Source: Candidatus Eiseniibacteriota bacterium (GTDB taxonomy: Bacteria > Eisenbacteria > RBG-16-71-46 > JABDJR01). From it: a stretch of DNA of 64,000 nucleotides. Of the stretch, positions 18,321 through 28,147 are shown piece after piece. A model generated the notes under the pieces. It was given only the letters and a program-made list of their open reading frames with translations, was not told where the DNA came from and ran no database searches. Position 1 is the first letter of the stretch. Each line of letters begins with the position of its first letter. Location: assembly GCA_963728475.1 (NCBI GenBank), contig CAVSKL010000003.1:393573-457572 (forward strand), in the 5' to 3' direction. The translations under genes were made by a program, and so were the position numbers.

Positions 18321-21300
18321 TTGAATCGAACTATGCTCGCATTTCTCTTCGCGTCGGCGGTAGCGGCCGCTCCGAACGCCGCCGCGGGAAAGGCTCCCGA
18401 GAAGGGGAAGGCGGAGGAGACCGGCCCCTGGAAGGCGGCGACCTTCACCGGCCTCGCCTTCCGGTCGATCGGCCCCGCCTTGACCTCGGGCCGTATCAGC
18501 GACCTCGCGGTGGATCCCACCAACCACGACGTCCGCTACGCCGCCGCCGCCTCGGGGGGGGTCTGGAAGACCGGGGACGCCGGCGTGACCTGGACCCCGG
18601 TCTTCGACCATGAAGGCTCCTATTCCATCGGTTGCGTGACCGTGGATCCGAACCGGCACCTCACGGTATGGGTGGGGTCGGGGGAGAACAACAGCCAGCG
18701 AAGCGTCGCCTACGGCGACGGCGTCTACCGGTCGGTGGACGGCGGGGCGAGCTGGGAGAACATGGGGCTCAAGAACTCCGAGCACATCGGAATGATCGTG
18801 GTGGACCCGCGTGGTTCCGACACGGTGTACGTGGCCGCCCAGGGCCCCCTGTGGGGACCGGGGGGCGACCGCGGCCTCTACAAGACCGTCGACGGGGGGA
18901 AGACCTGGAAGCAGGCGCTGAAGGTCGACGAGAACACCGGGGTGAGCGACATCGCGCTCGATCCGCGCGATCCCGACGTGATCTACGCCACCTCCTATCA
19001 GCGCCGGCGGCGGGTATGGACCCTGATCGACGGCGGGCCCGGCTCGGCCGTCTACAAGTCCACCGACGGCGGGGCGACCTGGAACAAGATCGACCGGGGG
19101 CTCCCCGCCGTGGATCTGGGCCGGATCGGGCTGGCGGTCTCTCCGGTGAACCCCGACGTGGTCTACGCCCTGGTCGAGGCCTCGGACGGGAAGAGCGGGT
19201 TCTACCGCTCCGAGGACGCCGGCTCCCACTGGAAGAAGCGCTCCGACTACTCCTCCTCCAGCCCGCAGTATTACCAGGAGATCGTGGCCGACCCGGTGGA
19301 CGTGGACAAGGTCTACTCCATGGACACCTTCATCATGGTGACCGAGGACGGCGGCAAGAGCTTCCACCGGATGTCCGCCCGCAACAAGCACGTGGACAAC
19401 CACCTGCTCTGGATCGATCCCACCCGTCCCGCGCACATGATCAACGGCTGCGATGGAGGGCTCTACGAGACCCGGGACGGCGGGGAGAACTGGCTCTTCT
19501 TCGCCAACCTGCCGGTGACCCAGTTCTACAAGCTGGACGTCGACAACGACCAGCCCTACTACAACGTCTACGGCGGCACCCAGGACAACAACACCCTGGG
19601 CGGCCCCTCCCGGACCGCCAGCGCCTCGGGCATCGTCAACTCCGACTGGTTCGTGACCACCGGCGGCGACGGCTTTCAGTCGCGGGTCGACCCCGCCGAT
19701 CCGGACATCGTCTACTCGGAGTCGCAGTACGGCGGCCTGGTCCGTTACGACCGCAAGAACGGGGAGCGGGTCGACATCCAGCCCCAGCCCGCGCCGGGGA
19801 AGCCCCCGCTCCGCTGGAACTGGGACTCCCCGCTCATCGTGAGCCCCCACGCCCACACCCGGATCTACTTCGCCGCCAACCGTCTGTTCCGGAGCGACGA
19901 CCGGGGCGATCACTGGACCGCGGTGAGCCCGGACCTCACCCGGCAGATCGACCGCAACCGGCTCACCGTGATGGGAAAGGTATGGACCCCGGAAGCGGTG
20001 GCCAAGGACGCCTCGACCTCGTTCTACGGCACCGTGGTCTCGCTCAGCGAGTCGCCGGCGGCCGAAGGGGTGCTCTACGCGGGCTGCGACGACGGGCTCA
20101 TCCAGGTCACCGAGGACGGCGGAAAGAACTGGCGGAAGATCGAGCGCGTGGACGGGGTCCCCGACGGGACCTACGTGAGCTATCTGGCCGCTTCCCGATT
20201 CGACGGCAACACCGTCTACGCGACCTTCGACAATCACAAGAACGCCGACTTCAAGCCCTACGTGGCCAGGAGCGCGGACCTCGGCCGTAGCTGGACCTCG
20301 ATCTCCGGCGACCTGCCCGCGCGCGGTTCCGCCTACTGTCTGGCCGAAGACTCCAAGGACCCGAACCTCCTCTTCGTGGGGACCGAGTTCGGGGTCTTCT
20401 TCACCGGCGACGGCGGCAAGCACTGGGTCCAGCTCAAGGGCGGGCTTCCGGTGATCGCGGTCCGGGACCTGGCGGTGCAGGCGCGCGAGAACGACCTGGT
20501 CCTGGCCACCTTCGGCCGCGGGTTCTACGTGCTCGACGACTACACCCCCCTCCGGGGGCTCACGCCGGCTCAGCTCGAGGCCGGCCCCGCCCTCTTCCCG
20601 GTGAAGCCGGCCTGGACCTACGTGGAGCGGCGCCCCCTGGGCGGCCGGGGGAAGGCGTCCCAGGGGGACGCGTTCTACACCGCGCCCAACCCGCCCTTCG
20701 GCGCGACCCTCACCTACTACCTGAAGGAGAAGCTCCAGACCCTCAAGGAGAAGCGCCAGGCGGAGGAGAAGAAGGCGGAGAAAGCGAAGAGCAAGGCGGA
20801 GAGCGCGCCTCCGTATCCGGGGTGGGACGAGCTGACCGCCGAGGCCCGCGAGCCGAAACCGGAGGTGCTCCTCACCGTGACCGATGAGGACAGGAACGTG
20901 GTGCGCCGGCTCACCGGGGCCACCGACTCCGGCTTCCACCGGGTGAGCTGGGATCTGCGGTATCCGCCCTCGACCCCGGTCCGCGAACCGCACGGGGGCG
21001 GCGAGGAGGAGGAATTCGGGCGCGGGCCCACCGGGCCCATGGCCGCTCCCGGACGCTACACGGTGTCCCTGGCCCGGCGGGTCGAAGGGAAGGAAACCCC
21101 GCTCGGCGAGCCGCGAACCTTCGAGGTCCGGCCGCTGGGGACCTCGACCCTGCCCCCGGCGGACCGGGATTCCCTCCTCGCGTTCGAGCGCCGGACGGCG
21201 CGCCTCCAGCGCGCGGTCCTGGGAGCGGTGCGCGCCGCCTCCGAGGCCTCGGCGCGGATCGGCGCGTTGCAACAGGCCTGGCTGGAGACCCCGAACGCCG

Positions 21301-21638
21301 ATCCCGCGCTCCGGGACCGGGCGCAGGCGCTGATGAACCGGCTCGAGGACATCCAGGTCAAGCTCACCGGGGACCCGGTGCGCTCCGCGCACAACGCCCC
21401 TCAGCCTCCCTCGATCAGCGGGCGGGTGTCGGACCTGGTTTACGGCGGATGGAACTCGACCGGAGCGCCCACCGGAACCCAGCGCGACGCCTACTGCTAC
21501 GCCGCCCAGGAGTTCGCGCCGGTTCTGGGTGATCTGCGCACGCTGGTCGAGACCGATCTGAGGGGGCTCGAGAACGAGATGGAGGCGGCGGGGGCCCCCT
21601 GGACTCCGGGCCGGGTTCCGGTCTGGAAGCCGGAGTAG
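18321..21638 (+). CDS. Secreted BNR/Asp-box repeat protein with sortilin/Vps10-like multi-propeller architecture (1105 aa)
   Basis: Repeated S-x-D-x-G-x-T-W motifs (SVDGGASW, TVDGGKTW, STDGGATW, SEDAGSHW...). Signal peptide. TTG start preceded by a GGGAGGA RBS. Confidence 0.75.
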   Translation: MNRTMLAFLFASAVAAAPNAAAGKAPEKGKAEETGPWKAATFTGLAFRSIGPALTSGRISDLAVDPTNHDVRYAAAASGGVWKTGDAGVTWTPVFDHEGSYSIGCVTVDPNRHLTVWVGSGENNSQRSVAYGDGVYRSVDGGASWENMGLKNSEHIGMIVVDPRGSDTVYVAAQGPLWGPGGDRGLYKTVDGGKTWKQALKVDENTGVSDIALDPRDPDVIYATSYQRRRRVWTLIDGGPGSAVYKSTDGGATWNKIDRGLPAVDLGRIGLAVSPVNPDVVYALVEASDGKSGFYRSEDAGSHWKKRSDYSSSSPQYYQEIVADPVDVDKVYSMDTFIMVTEDGGKSFHRMSARNKHVDNHLLWIDPTRPAHMINGCDGGLYETRDGGENWLFFANLPVTQFYKLDVDNDQPYYNVYGGTQDNNTLGGPSRTASASGIVNSDWFVTTGGDGFQSRVDPADPDIVYSESQYGGLVRYDRKNGERVDIQPQPAPGKPPLRWNWDSPLIVSPHAHTRIYFAANRLFRSDDRGDHWTAVSPDLTRQIDRNRLTVMGKVWTPEAVAKDASTSFYGTVVSLSESPAAEGVLYAGCDDGLIQVTEDGGKNWRKIERVDGVPDGTYVSYLAASRFDGNTVYATFDNHKNADFKPYVARSADLGRSWTSISGDLPARGSAYCLAEDSKDPNLLFVGTEFGVFFTGDGGKHWVQLKGGLPVIAVRDLAVQARENDLVLATFGRGFYVLDDYTPLRGLTPAQLEAGPALFPVKPAWTYVERRPLGGRGKASQGDAFYTAPNPPFGATLTYYLKEKLQTLKEKRQAEEKKAEKAKSKAESAPPYPGWDELTAEAREPKPEVLLTVTDEDRNVVRRLTGATDSGFHRVSWDLRYPPSTPVREPHGGGEEEEFGRGPTGPMAAPGRYTVSLARRVEGKETPLGEPRTFEVRPLGTSTLPPADRDSLLAFERRTARLQRAVLGAVRAASEASARIGALQQAWLETPNADPALRDRAQALMNRLEDIQVKLTGDPVRSAHNAPQPPSISGRVSDLVYGGWNSTGAPTGTQRDAYCYAAQEFAPVLGDLRTLVETDLRGLENEMEAAGAPWTPGRVPVWKPE

Positions 21639-21677
21639 CCGCGGGAACGGGTGGCGGCCCCCCGGGACCGCGGGCTC

Positions 21678-21700
21678 CGGGCGGGGAGCCGCCCGGCCCG
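21678..21700 (+). terminator. Hairpin ccgggcgg-ggag-ccgcccgg downstream of the BNR protein gene
   Basis: Perfect 8-bp stem read in sequence. Only a weak T-tract follows. Confidence 0.25.
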
Positions 21701-21809
21701 GGGCCCGGATTTGCTAGAGTTGTCCGCTCCGGAGGTGAGGCCGGCGGAAGGACCCCGACCACGGTCCCCGTCGCGATCCCCCTCCGGGTTTGCATGGAGG
21801 AACCTGCTC

Positions 21810-22274
21810 TTGCGTCGTCATCCGCTCATTCTCGTTTCTCTCGGTCTGGCCGCGGTGCTGGCGGCCGGCGCCCTGGGTACCGGCTGCTCCCGGGGGGGCA
21901 AGGACTCCGGCTCCGGCGAGAGCCTCATGGGAACGGTGCCCGGCTACTACAAGGCCTCGGGGTTGACCAAGCTCCCGCGGATCGCCTCCTCGGACCCGCT
22001 GGTCTATCCCGACGCCGTCCGGAGGAAGGGAGTCCAGGGCCGGGTCCTCATCCGGATGCTCGTTTCCGCCAGCGGCTCCATCGACTCCGTGCAGGTGATG
22101 GACGAGGTCCAAGGATACCCATCCCTGACCCAGGCCGCTCTCGAAGCCGCCCACAGTTGGAAGCTGGAGCCGGGGGAGCTGAACGGGAAGCCGGTCCCCA
22201 CCGAACTCATCGTGCCGTTCGACTTCAAGATCAACGGACCGATTCCTCCGGACTCGCTGGACACCGATCCCTGA
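21810..22274 (+). CDS. TonB C-terminal domain protein (energy transducer TonB family), lipoprotein-like N-terminus
   Basis: C-terminus LVYPDAVRRKGVQGRVLIRMLVSASGSIDSVQVMD...GKPVPTELIVPFDFK matches the TonB_C fold. Proposed TTG start gives MRRHPLILVSLGLAAVLAAGALGTGCS. The upstream part of the track ORF (from 21651) is low-complexity. Confidence 0.6.
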   Translation: MRRHPLILVSLGLAAVLAAGALGTGCSRGGKDSGSGESLMGTVPGYYKASGLTKLPRIASSDPLVYPDAVRRKGVQGRVLIRMLVSASGSIDSVQVMDEVQGYPSLTQAALEAAHSWKLEPGELNGKPVPTELIVPFDFKINGPIPPDSLDTDP

Positions 22275-22394
22275 CCGCGCGAGGAAGAGCCGGCCGCGAT
22301 CGCGCCGGCCGGCTCCTGCGGACAGGTCCGGGAACGAGGTATCTCCGGGTAGCGCGGGGCGCACGATCCCGAAGCGGGACCCGGGTCCCGATGT

Positions 22395-23438
22395 TCAGCC
22401 CGGATTGAACGCAGCCTCGGCCTCCGCCCGCACCAGGTCCTCGCGATCCTCGTAACGCGGCGAGAAGTGGATCGGCTCCAGCACCCTCACCCCCGCCGCC
22501 CGCGCGATCTCGCCGGCGGCCCGGGCGGTGAGGTGGTTCTTGCGCTCGGCGTGGCCGCGGTCGGCGTGGAGGAACGCGGCCTCGGCGAAGAGCACGTCCA
22601 CCCCCCGGACCAGCTCCGTGATGCGCCCGCGATTGGCCGGGGTGTCCCGCACGTCCACCACGTATCCCAGCCCCTGGCCGGGCACGATCCGGACCGCCCG
22701 CTCCACCAGGTCTCCCAGCCGCACCTCGCGCCCGGTGAACCCGGCGCCGTCCCGCCATCGCGCGCGAAGCACGGTGCCGGCGCCCGCCCCGGCCAGGATC
22801 GCCGCGCGCGCCTCGCGCAGCCAGGGCCCGACGCTCAGCCCCATCTCCTCCAGCCGGCTCTTCCAGAAATTCACGTGCTCGCGCTCCCGCACCGCGAACC
22901 CCAGGCAGGGGATGTCGTGATCGAGAAGGGCCGCCCGGGCTTCGAGCGCGCCGCGATTGAAGAGCACTCCCCCGGGCAACGCGACCTCCTCCGAGGCCTC
23001 GGCGGGGAAGCCGGCCCGGAGGCGGAACACGGCGCGGCGACCGGCCGGATCCATCCCGGCGCCGCCGCCCGGGCCGACTTCGGTCACCGTGAAGGTGAGA
23101 TCCTCCTCGTAGCGGTGGGCCACGTTCCAGGTGTAGGCGGCGAGCTTGTGGCCGACCTTCTCGATCATCCCCGGCGGCCCGAACACCCGGAGCGAACGGC
23201 CCCGGCCCAGGGCCAGCCGCAGGAGCCAGTCGAAGTCCTGGAAGTGGTCCATGTGGGGGTGGGTGACGAAGATCTCGGTCACCCGGAGGAGCTTGCGGGG
23301 TGGAAGGCGGCGGAGATTCCCCAGGTCGAAGAGGAGCGCCCGTCTCTCGTACTGAACGTCCACGTAGAGGACCGGATCCTCGAACGGGCCGTTGACCAGG
23401 TGGGGATGAAGAAGAGGTTTCATGCGCGGTGCCTTCAT
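22395..23438 (-). CDS. MBL-fold metallo-hydrolase (RNase Z / ElaC-like)
   Basis: VTHPHMDHFQD (HxHxDH) motif. ~340 aa. Alternative start at 23423. Confidence 0.7.
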   Translation of the reverse strand: MKAPRMKPLLHPHLVNGPFEDPVLYVDVQYERRALLFDLGNLRRLPPRKLLRVTEIFVTHPHMDHFQDFDWLLRLALGRGRSLRVFGPPGMIEKVGHKLAAYTWNVAHRYEEDLTFTVTEVGPGGGAGMDPAGRRAVFRLRAGFPAEASEEVALPGGVLFNRGALEARAALLDHDIPCLGFAVREREHVNFWKSRLEEMGLSVGPWLREARAAILAGAGAGTVLRARWRDGAGFTGREVRLGDLVERAVRIVPGQGLGYVVDVRDTPANRGRITELVRGVDVLFAEAAFLHADRGHAERKNHLTARAAGEIARAAGVRVLEPIHFSPRYEDREDLVRAEAEAAFNPG

Positions 23439-23519
23439 CCCATGATCGCACGCCGGGAGCGGGGAGGGGACCGGGTCCCGGAACCCGGAAGCGCGCAGTC
23501 ACTTGTGGCGCACGGGCTT

Positions 23520-23541
23520 GGGTCAAATAACCCCTTGACCC
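23520..23541. promoter_or_regulatory. Perfect 7-bp inverted repeat GGGTCAA-N8-TTGACCC overlapping a TTGACC(-35)...TATAAA(-10) promoter-like element upstream of the marR-ablAB cluster. Candidate MarR operator.
   Basis: Read in sequence (gggtcaaataaccccttgaccc ... ggtataaac). Lies ~110-130 nt upstream of the MarR start. Confidence 0.3.
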
Positions 23542-23670
23542 GGCCTCGGTCGTTTGTGGTATAAACATCAGGACACGAATGATTCTGACTGAAATGGCAT
23601 CGGCCCCGGGGTGGGGCGGAGCGGCGCGCGCTCCCCGCGGGGGGCGAGCGAATCGGGGGGAGCCACGGAG

Positions 23671-24201
23671 ATGGAGGATGCGGCGGTGAAACCCAGGGGC
23701 GAGTCCCCCGCCGGTTCGCGCTACGACGTGCGCATTCTCCAGGCGCTCCGGCGGATCATGCGCGCGGTGGAGATCCACTCGCACAAGCTTTCCGCCACCT
23801 ACCGGGTGACCGCTCCCCAGCTCGTCTGCCTCCTGGCCCTGCGGGACGACGGCCCCCTCACTCCCACCTCCATCGCGCGCCGGGTGTCGCTCAGCGCGAG
23901 CACGGTGGTGGGGATTCTCGACCGCCTGGACGAGAAGGGGCTGGTGCGGCGCGTGCGCGACACCCACGACCGCCGCCTGGTCCTGGTCTCGGTGACCCCG
24001 GAAGGGGAGCGGGTGTGCCGCGAGGCCCCCTTGCCCCTTCAGGGAACCCTTGCCGAGGCGCTCACGAACCTGTCCGTCGACGAGCAGGCGCTGATCGCCC
24101 GGTCGCTGGAACGCGTGGTGGACCTCATGGAAGTGGGACATCTTCCCGCCGCGCCGTTCCTGGAGAGCGGCCCCATCGACGCCGATTCCGGCGACAGGTA
24201 A
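23671..24201 (+). CDS. MarR-family transcriptional regulator
   Basis: wHTH core ...LTPTSIARRVSLSASTVVGILDRLDEKGLVRRVRDTHDRRLVLVSVTPEG... is a typical MarR. Start placed at MEDAAVK (track ORF begins 20 aa upstream). Confidence 0.8.
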   Translation: MEDAAVKPRGESPAGSRYDVRILQALRRIMRAVEIHSHKLSATYRVTAPQLVCLLALRDDGPLTPTSIARRVSLSASTVVGILDRLDEKGLVRRVRDTHDRRLVLVSVTPEGERVCREAPLPLQGTLAEALTNLSVDEQALIARSLERVVDLMEVGHLPAAPFLESGPIDADSGDR

Positions 24202-24222
24202 GACCGAGAGGAGAAGAGATCG

Positions 24223-25713
24223 ATGAACGCCAAGGACGCCGGTGCCCTCGTGGACGCCGCCGAAATCACCGCGCCCGTGACCGTGGCCGAGGTCCTGGAA
24301 TCGGCGGACCGGGTGCCGCAGCTCCAGGCCATCGCCGGGGTGGAGGTCCCCGAGCCGCTCAAGGAACCGGTGGAAGCCGCCGACCTGGCCCACCGCCGGC
24401 TGGACGAGAGCGAGTTCTGGAGGCGGATCCCCGCGTTCCGGAAGGTCTCCCGCGAGGAGTTCCTGGACCACCGGTTCCAGAACCGGCACAGCGTGACCCG
24501 GGTGGAGGATCTGGCCAAGCTCGTCCGCGACCTGGTGAGCGGGGAGTTCCTGGACGACGTGCGGCGGGGGATGGCGGCGGCGCCCATGAACATGCGCCTC
24601 TCGCCGTATCTGATGAGCCTGGTCGACTGGAGCGCGCCCTACGAGGATCCGCTCCGCATCCAGTTCATTCCGGTGGCCTCGACCCGGCTCCCCAACCATC
24701 CCAAGCTGGAGCTGGACTCGCTCCACGAGCAGGACGATTCGCCCACCCCGGGCCTGGTTCACCGCTACCCGGACAAGGCGCTCTTCCTCCCCCTCGACGT
24801 GTGCCCGGTCTACTGCCGCTTCTGCACCCGGAGCTACGCCATCGGCGGCGACACCGACACCGTGGACAAGGTGAACTACCGCCCGGTGGAGGCGCGCTGG
24901 GAGAAGGCGTTCGCGTATCTCGCCTCCCGCCCCGAGGTCGAGGACGTGGTGGTCTCGGGCGGGGACGCCTACCACCTGCCGCCGGCGCGGCTCAGGAAGA
25001 TCGGCAAGACGCTGCTCTCCATTCCCCACATCCGGCGCATCCGCTTCGCCACCAAGGGTCCGGCGGTGATGCCGATGAAGATCCTCACCGACCGGGCCTG
25101 GACCGAGGCCCTGGTGGAGGTGGTGGACTTCGGCCGCCACCGCTCCAAGGAGGTCGCCCTCCACACCCACTTCAACAGCCCCCGCGAGATCACCGCGATC
25201 ACCCGCGAGGCCATGGACCTGCTCTTCCGGCGCGGGGTCAAGGTGCGGAACCAGAGCGTTTGCATCCGCGGGGTGAACGACAGCCCCGGGGCCATGATCT
25301 CCCTGGTCAAGCGGCTCTCCTACCTGAACGTCCAGCCCTACTACGTCTACCAGCACGACATGGTGAAGGGGGTGGAGGACCTGCGCACCCGCGTCGCCGA
25401 CACCGTGGAGGTGGAGCGCCACGTCCGAGGCGCCACCGCCGGTTTCAACACCCCGACCTTCGTCACCGACGTGCCGGGCGGCGGGGGGAAGCGCGACGTC
25501 CACAGCTACGACCACTACGACGAGACCACCGGGGTGAGCGTGTACCGGAGCCCGTCGGTGGACGAGGAGAAGGTCTACCTCTACTACGATCCGATTCCGC
25601 TCCTCCCCGATGAGGGGCGCCGCCGCTGGGCCGATCCCGCCGAGCACGAGAAGATCGTGGGCGAGGCGCTGGCCGCGGCCGGCCTCGGGGACCTGACGCG
25701 GGCGGTGGAGTGA
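24223..25713 (+). CDS. ablA: Lysine 2,3-aminomutase (KamA family radical SAM enzyme, AblA-like)
   Basis: CPVYCRFCTRSYAIG radical-SAM CxxxCxxC motif characteristic of KamA. ~40-aa N-terminal extension. Stop abuts the start of the GNAT gene. Confidence 0.85.
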   Translation: MNAKDAGALVDAAEITAPVTVAEVLESADRVPQLQAIAGVEVPEPLKEPVEAADLAHRRLDESEFWRRIPAFRKVSREEFLDHRFQNRHSVTRVEDLAKLVRDLVSGEFLDDVRRGMAAAPMNMRLSPYLMSLVDWSAPYEDPLRIQFIPVASTRLPNHPKLELDSLHEQDDSPTPGLVHRYPDKALFLPLDVCPVYCRFCTRSYAIGGDTDTVDKVNYRPVEARWEKAFAYLASRPEVEDVVVSGGDAYHLPPARLRKIGKTLLSIPHIRRIRFATKGPAVMPMKILTDRAWTEALVEVVDFGRHRSKEVALHTHFNSPREITAITREAMDLLFRRGVKVRNQSVCIRGVNDSPGAMISLVKRLSYLNVQPYYVYQHDMVKGVEDLRTRVADTVEVERHVRGATAGFNTPTFVTDVPGGGGKRDVHSYDHYDETTGVSVYRSPSVDEEKVYLYYDPIPLLPDEGRRRWADPAEHEKIVGEALAAAGLGDLTRAVE

Positions 25714-26610
25714 ATGGGAGCCCGGCGACGACGGACCGCGGTCCCCACCCGGCGGTTCACCCTGGATCTCCCCTCGGGGGAACGCGACGCGGTGGCCGAC
25801 CCCCACAACCGCCGCCTCAAGGTCTACGGCCTGATCGACAAGGACGCCCAGGGGTTGAAGCCCAAGTCGCTCCTCGAGGCCGCCTCGGAGGGGGACGCGC
25901 TCACCAAGCTCACCCTCTACGCCCGCCCCGGCGAGCCCGTCGTCTGGAGCGACCACGGCTTCCGGGAAGAGGCCCGGATCCGCGGGTTCTTCGGCGACGA
26001 CGCCGACGCGGTGCTCTGGGCCGCCTACACCGACTCCGCCCGCGCCCGGGCGGGTGACGCCGGGGAACTCGACCGCGTGGTGGAGACCGCGCGGGGGAAG
26101 GGTCCCGCCCGGCCCGCGCTTCCCGAGGGGTGGCGGAGCGAGCCGGCCTCGGAGAACGACGCCGGGGAGCTGAGCGACCTCCTCGCCTTCGTCTTTCCCG
26201 ACTACCCGAGTTCGATCGACCCCGGCCACCTCGCCCGGCAGATCCGGATGCGGGCGAATCTCTTCCGCTGGGTGCGGGACGGCGACGGGGAGATGGTGGC
26301 GGCGGCCTCGGCCGAGATCGACCACCGGCGGCGGTCGGCGGAGATGACCGACTGCGCCACCCGCCCCGAGGCGCGCGGCCGCGGGCTCATGGTGTACCTC
26401 CTGCGCGCGCTCGAGGACGATCTCGCCGCCGGCCCCGGCATCACCGGTCTCTACACCCTGGCCCGGGCGGGGGAGGTGGGGATGAACTGCGCGTTCGCCA
26501 AGCTCGGCTACGACTACACCGGGCGCCTGGTCAACAACTGCCGCATGCCCGGCGGATGGGAGTCCATGAACGTGTGGTGCCGGTCCGGCGTTGCCTGGGA
26601 GCGGAACTGA
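25714..26610 (+). CDS. ablB: Beta-lysine N6-acetyltransferase-like GNAT protein (AblB-like)
   Basis: ~300 aa with a C-terminal GNAT acetyl-CoA motif (TRPEARGRGLMVYLLRALE). Immediately follows the KamA gene (TGAATG junction). The pairing is known from ablAB operons. Confidence 0.65.
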   Translation: MGARRRRTAVPTRRFTLDLPSGERDAVADPHNRRLKVYGLIDKDAQGLKPKSLLEAASEGDALTKLTLYARPGEPVVWSDHGFREEARIRGFFGDDADAVLWAAYTDSARARAGDAGELDRVVETARGKGPARPALPEGWRSEPASENDAGELSDLLAFVFPDYPSSIDPGHLARQIRMRANLFRWVRDGDGEMVAAASAEIDHRRRSAEMTDCATRPEARGRGLMVYLLRALEDDLAAGPGITGLYTLARAGEVGMNCAFAKLGYDYTGRLVNNCRMPGGWESMNVWCRSGVAWERN

Positions 26611-26614
26611 GCCG

Positions 26615-28147
26615 ATGACGCGCGGGCTCCGGGCGGTGCTGGCGCTGGCGGTCGCGATTCCGGGGCTCGTCCTGGGGGCGCCGGCGTCCCGCGCCGAAGC
26701 CCCGCTCCGGCTCGCCATGTCCGGCGCGTTCCGGCCCTTCTCCAGCACCGATCGCGAAGGGACCCTGGTCGGGTTCGACGCCGACGTCTCCCGCGAGGTG
26801 GCGCGCCGGCTCCACCGCGAGCCGGTCCTGGTCCAGACCGACTGGGCGGGGATCCAGGCCGGCCTGCACGCCGGGAAGTACGAGCTCATTTGCGGCTCCA
26901 TGGCCATCACCCCCGCGCGGCTCACCACCATGGACTTTTCGCTCCCGTACTACGTGAGCGGGGCGCAGGTGTTCGTGCGCCGGGGGATGACGTCCTTGCA
27001 GGGGGCCAGGATCGGGGTTACCGAGGACTCCACCTACGAGCGCTGGATCCACGACCACCCCGCCGACTTCCCCGCCGCGGAGGTGCTGCGGTTCGGGAGC
27101 GAGGCCGGGATCGTGGCCGCCATGAACGCGGACAAGATCGACGCCTTCGTGTCGGACCGGATCGTGGGCGGTTTCTACGTCCAGCAGGGGAGCGCCGGCG
27201 GCATCGTCCCCCTGGGCGGCCTGCTCTACCGCGAGGCGTGCGGGATCGCCGCGCGGCAGGACGAGGGAGCGCTGGTGCGCCGGGTCAACGCCGCGCTCTT
27301 CGCCATGATCCAGGACGGCACCTACGCCCGGATCTACCGGAAGTGGGTGGGGAGCCCCCCCGACCTGGACGTGCTGCTGGGCGCCTGGGGCAGGTTCGCC
27401 CCCATCGTCCCCGCGGTGGGTGCGGACGGGACCGAGGCTCCCGCGAGCGCGAAGCCGGCCTTCGCCGAGCGGGTGCGGGGCATCGTGCCGCTGCTGGCCC
27501 GGGGAGCGGTGCTGACCCTGGAACTCTCGCTCTCGACCGCGGTGCTGGCGCTGGTGCTCGGCTCGCTGGTGGGGGTGGGGACGGTCTCGGGGACGGGCTG
27601 GATCCGCGCCGTCGCCAACGCCTACGTCTGGGTGATCCGGGGGACGCCGCTCCTGGTCCAGCTCTTCATCAGCTACTTCGCGGCGGCCACCGCGGTCAAT
27701 CGCCTGGCCGGGACCGAGGTGGTGGGGGCGTTCGGGGCGGCGTTGATCGCGCTGGTGGTGAACACCGCCGCCTACAACGCCGAGACCCTGCGGGGCGGGA
27801 TCAATGCGGTGCCGCGCGGCCAGTGGGACGCGGCGGCGTCGCTGGGCATGAACCGGGGCAAGATCCTTCGCCGGGTGGTGCTCCCCCAGGCCTTCCGCGA
27901 TTCGCTCCCCTCGCTCGGCAACAACCTGGTGGTCCTGATCAAGGACACCTCCCTGGTCGGCGCCATCACCCTGATCGAACTCACCTACGCCGCCCGGAAC
28001 GTGGTCTTCCAGACCGGGCAGCCGTTGCTGCCGTTTTTGCTCGCCGCGGGGTTCTACCTGGTCATCATCTCCGGGCTGACCCTCGCGGTGAACGCCTGGG
28101 AGCGGCGGCTGGGCCGCTCGCGGCAAGCGGTGGGGAGTAACCTGTGA
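26615..28147 (+). CDS. Polar amino-acid ABC transporter, fused periplasmic substrate-binding domain + permease
   Basis: Signal peptide, then an SBP_bac_3-like domain (RLAMSGAFRPFSSTDREGTLVGFDADV...). C-terminal half carries the His/Glu/Gln/Arg permease motif (NTAAYNAETLRGGINAVPRGQWDAA). Confidence 0.8.
   Translation: MTRGLRAVLALAVAIPGLVLGAPASRAEAPLRLAMSGAFRPFSSTDREGTLVGFDADVSREVARRLHREPVLVQTDWAGIQAGLHAGKYELICGSMAITPARLTTMDFSLPYYVSGAQVFVRRGMTSLQGARIGVTEDSTYERWIHDHPADFPAAEVLRFGSEAGIVAAMNADKIDAFVSDRIVGGFYVQQGSAGGIVPLGGLLYREACGIAARQDEGALVRRVNAALFAMIQDGTYARIYRKWVGSPPDLDVLLGAWGRFAPIVPAVGADGTEAPASAKPAFAERVRGIVPLLARGAVLTLELSLSTAVLALVLGSLVGVGTVSGTGWIRAVANAYVWVIRGTPLLVQLFISYFAAATAVNRLAGTEVVGAFGAALIALVVNTAAYNAETLRGGINAVPRGQWDAAASLGMNRGKILRRVVLPQAFRDSLPSLGNNLVVLIKDTSLVGAITLIELTYAARNVVFQTGQPLLPFLLAAGFYLVIISGLTLAVNAWERRLGRSRQAVGSNL

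Noticed and set aside
15985-21392. ORFs 15985..18168 (+) and 18147..21392 (-, 1081 aa) antisense to the M13 peptidase and BNR genes
   Set aside because: No recognisable motifs. Opposite-strand frames are open only because stop codons are rare at this GC.
22231-26931. 1566-aa minus-strand ORF spanning MBL, marR, ablA, ablB
   Set aside because: Arg/Gly/Pro-dominated translation. It conflicts with four well-supported plus/minus genes.
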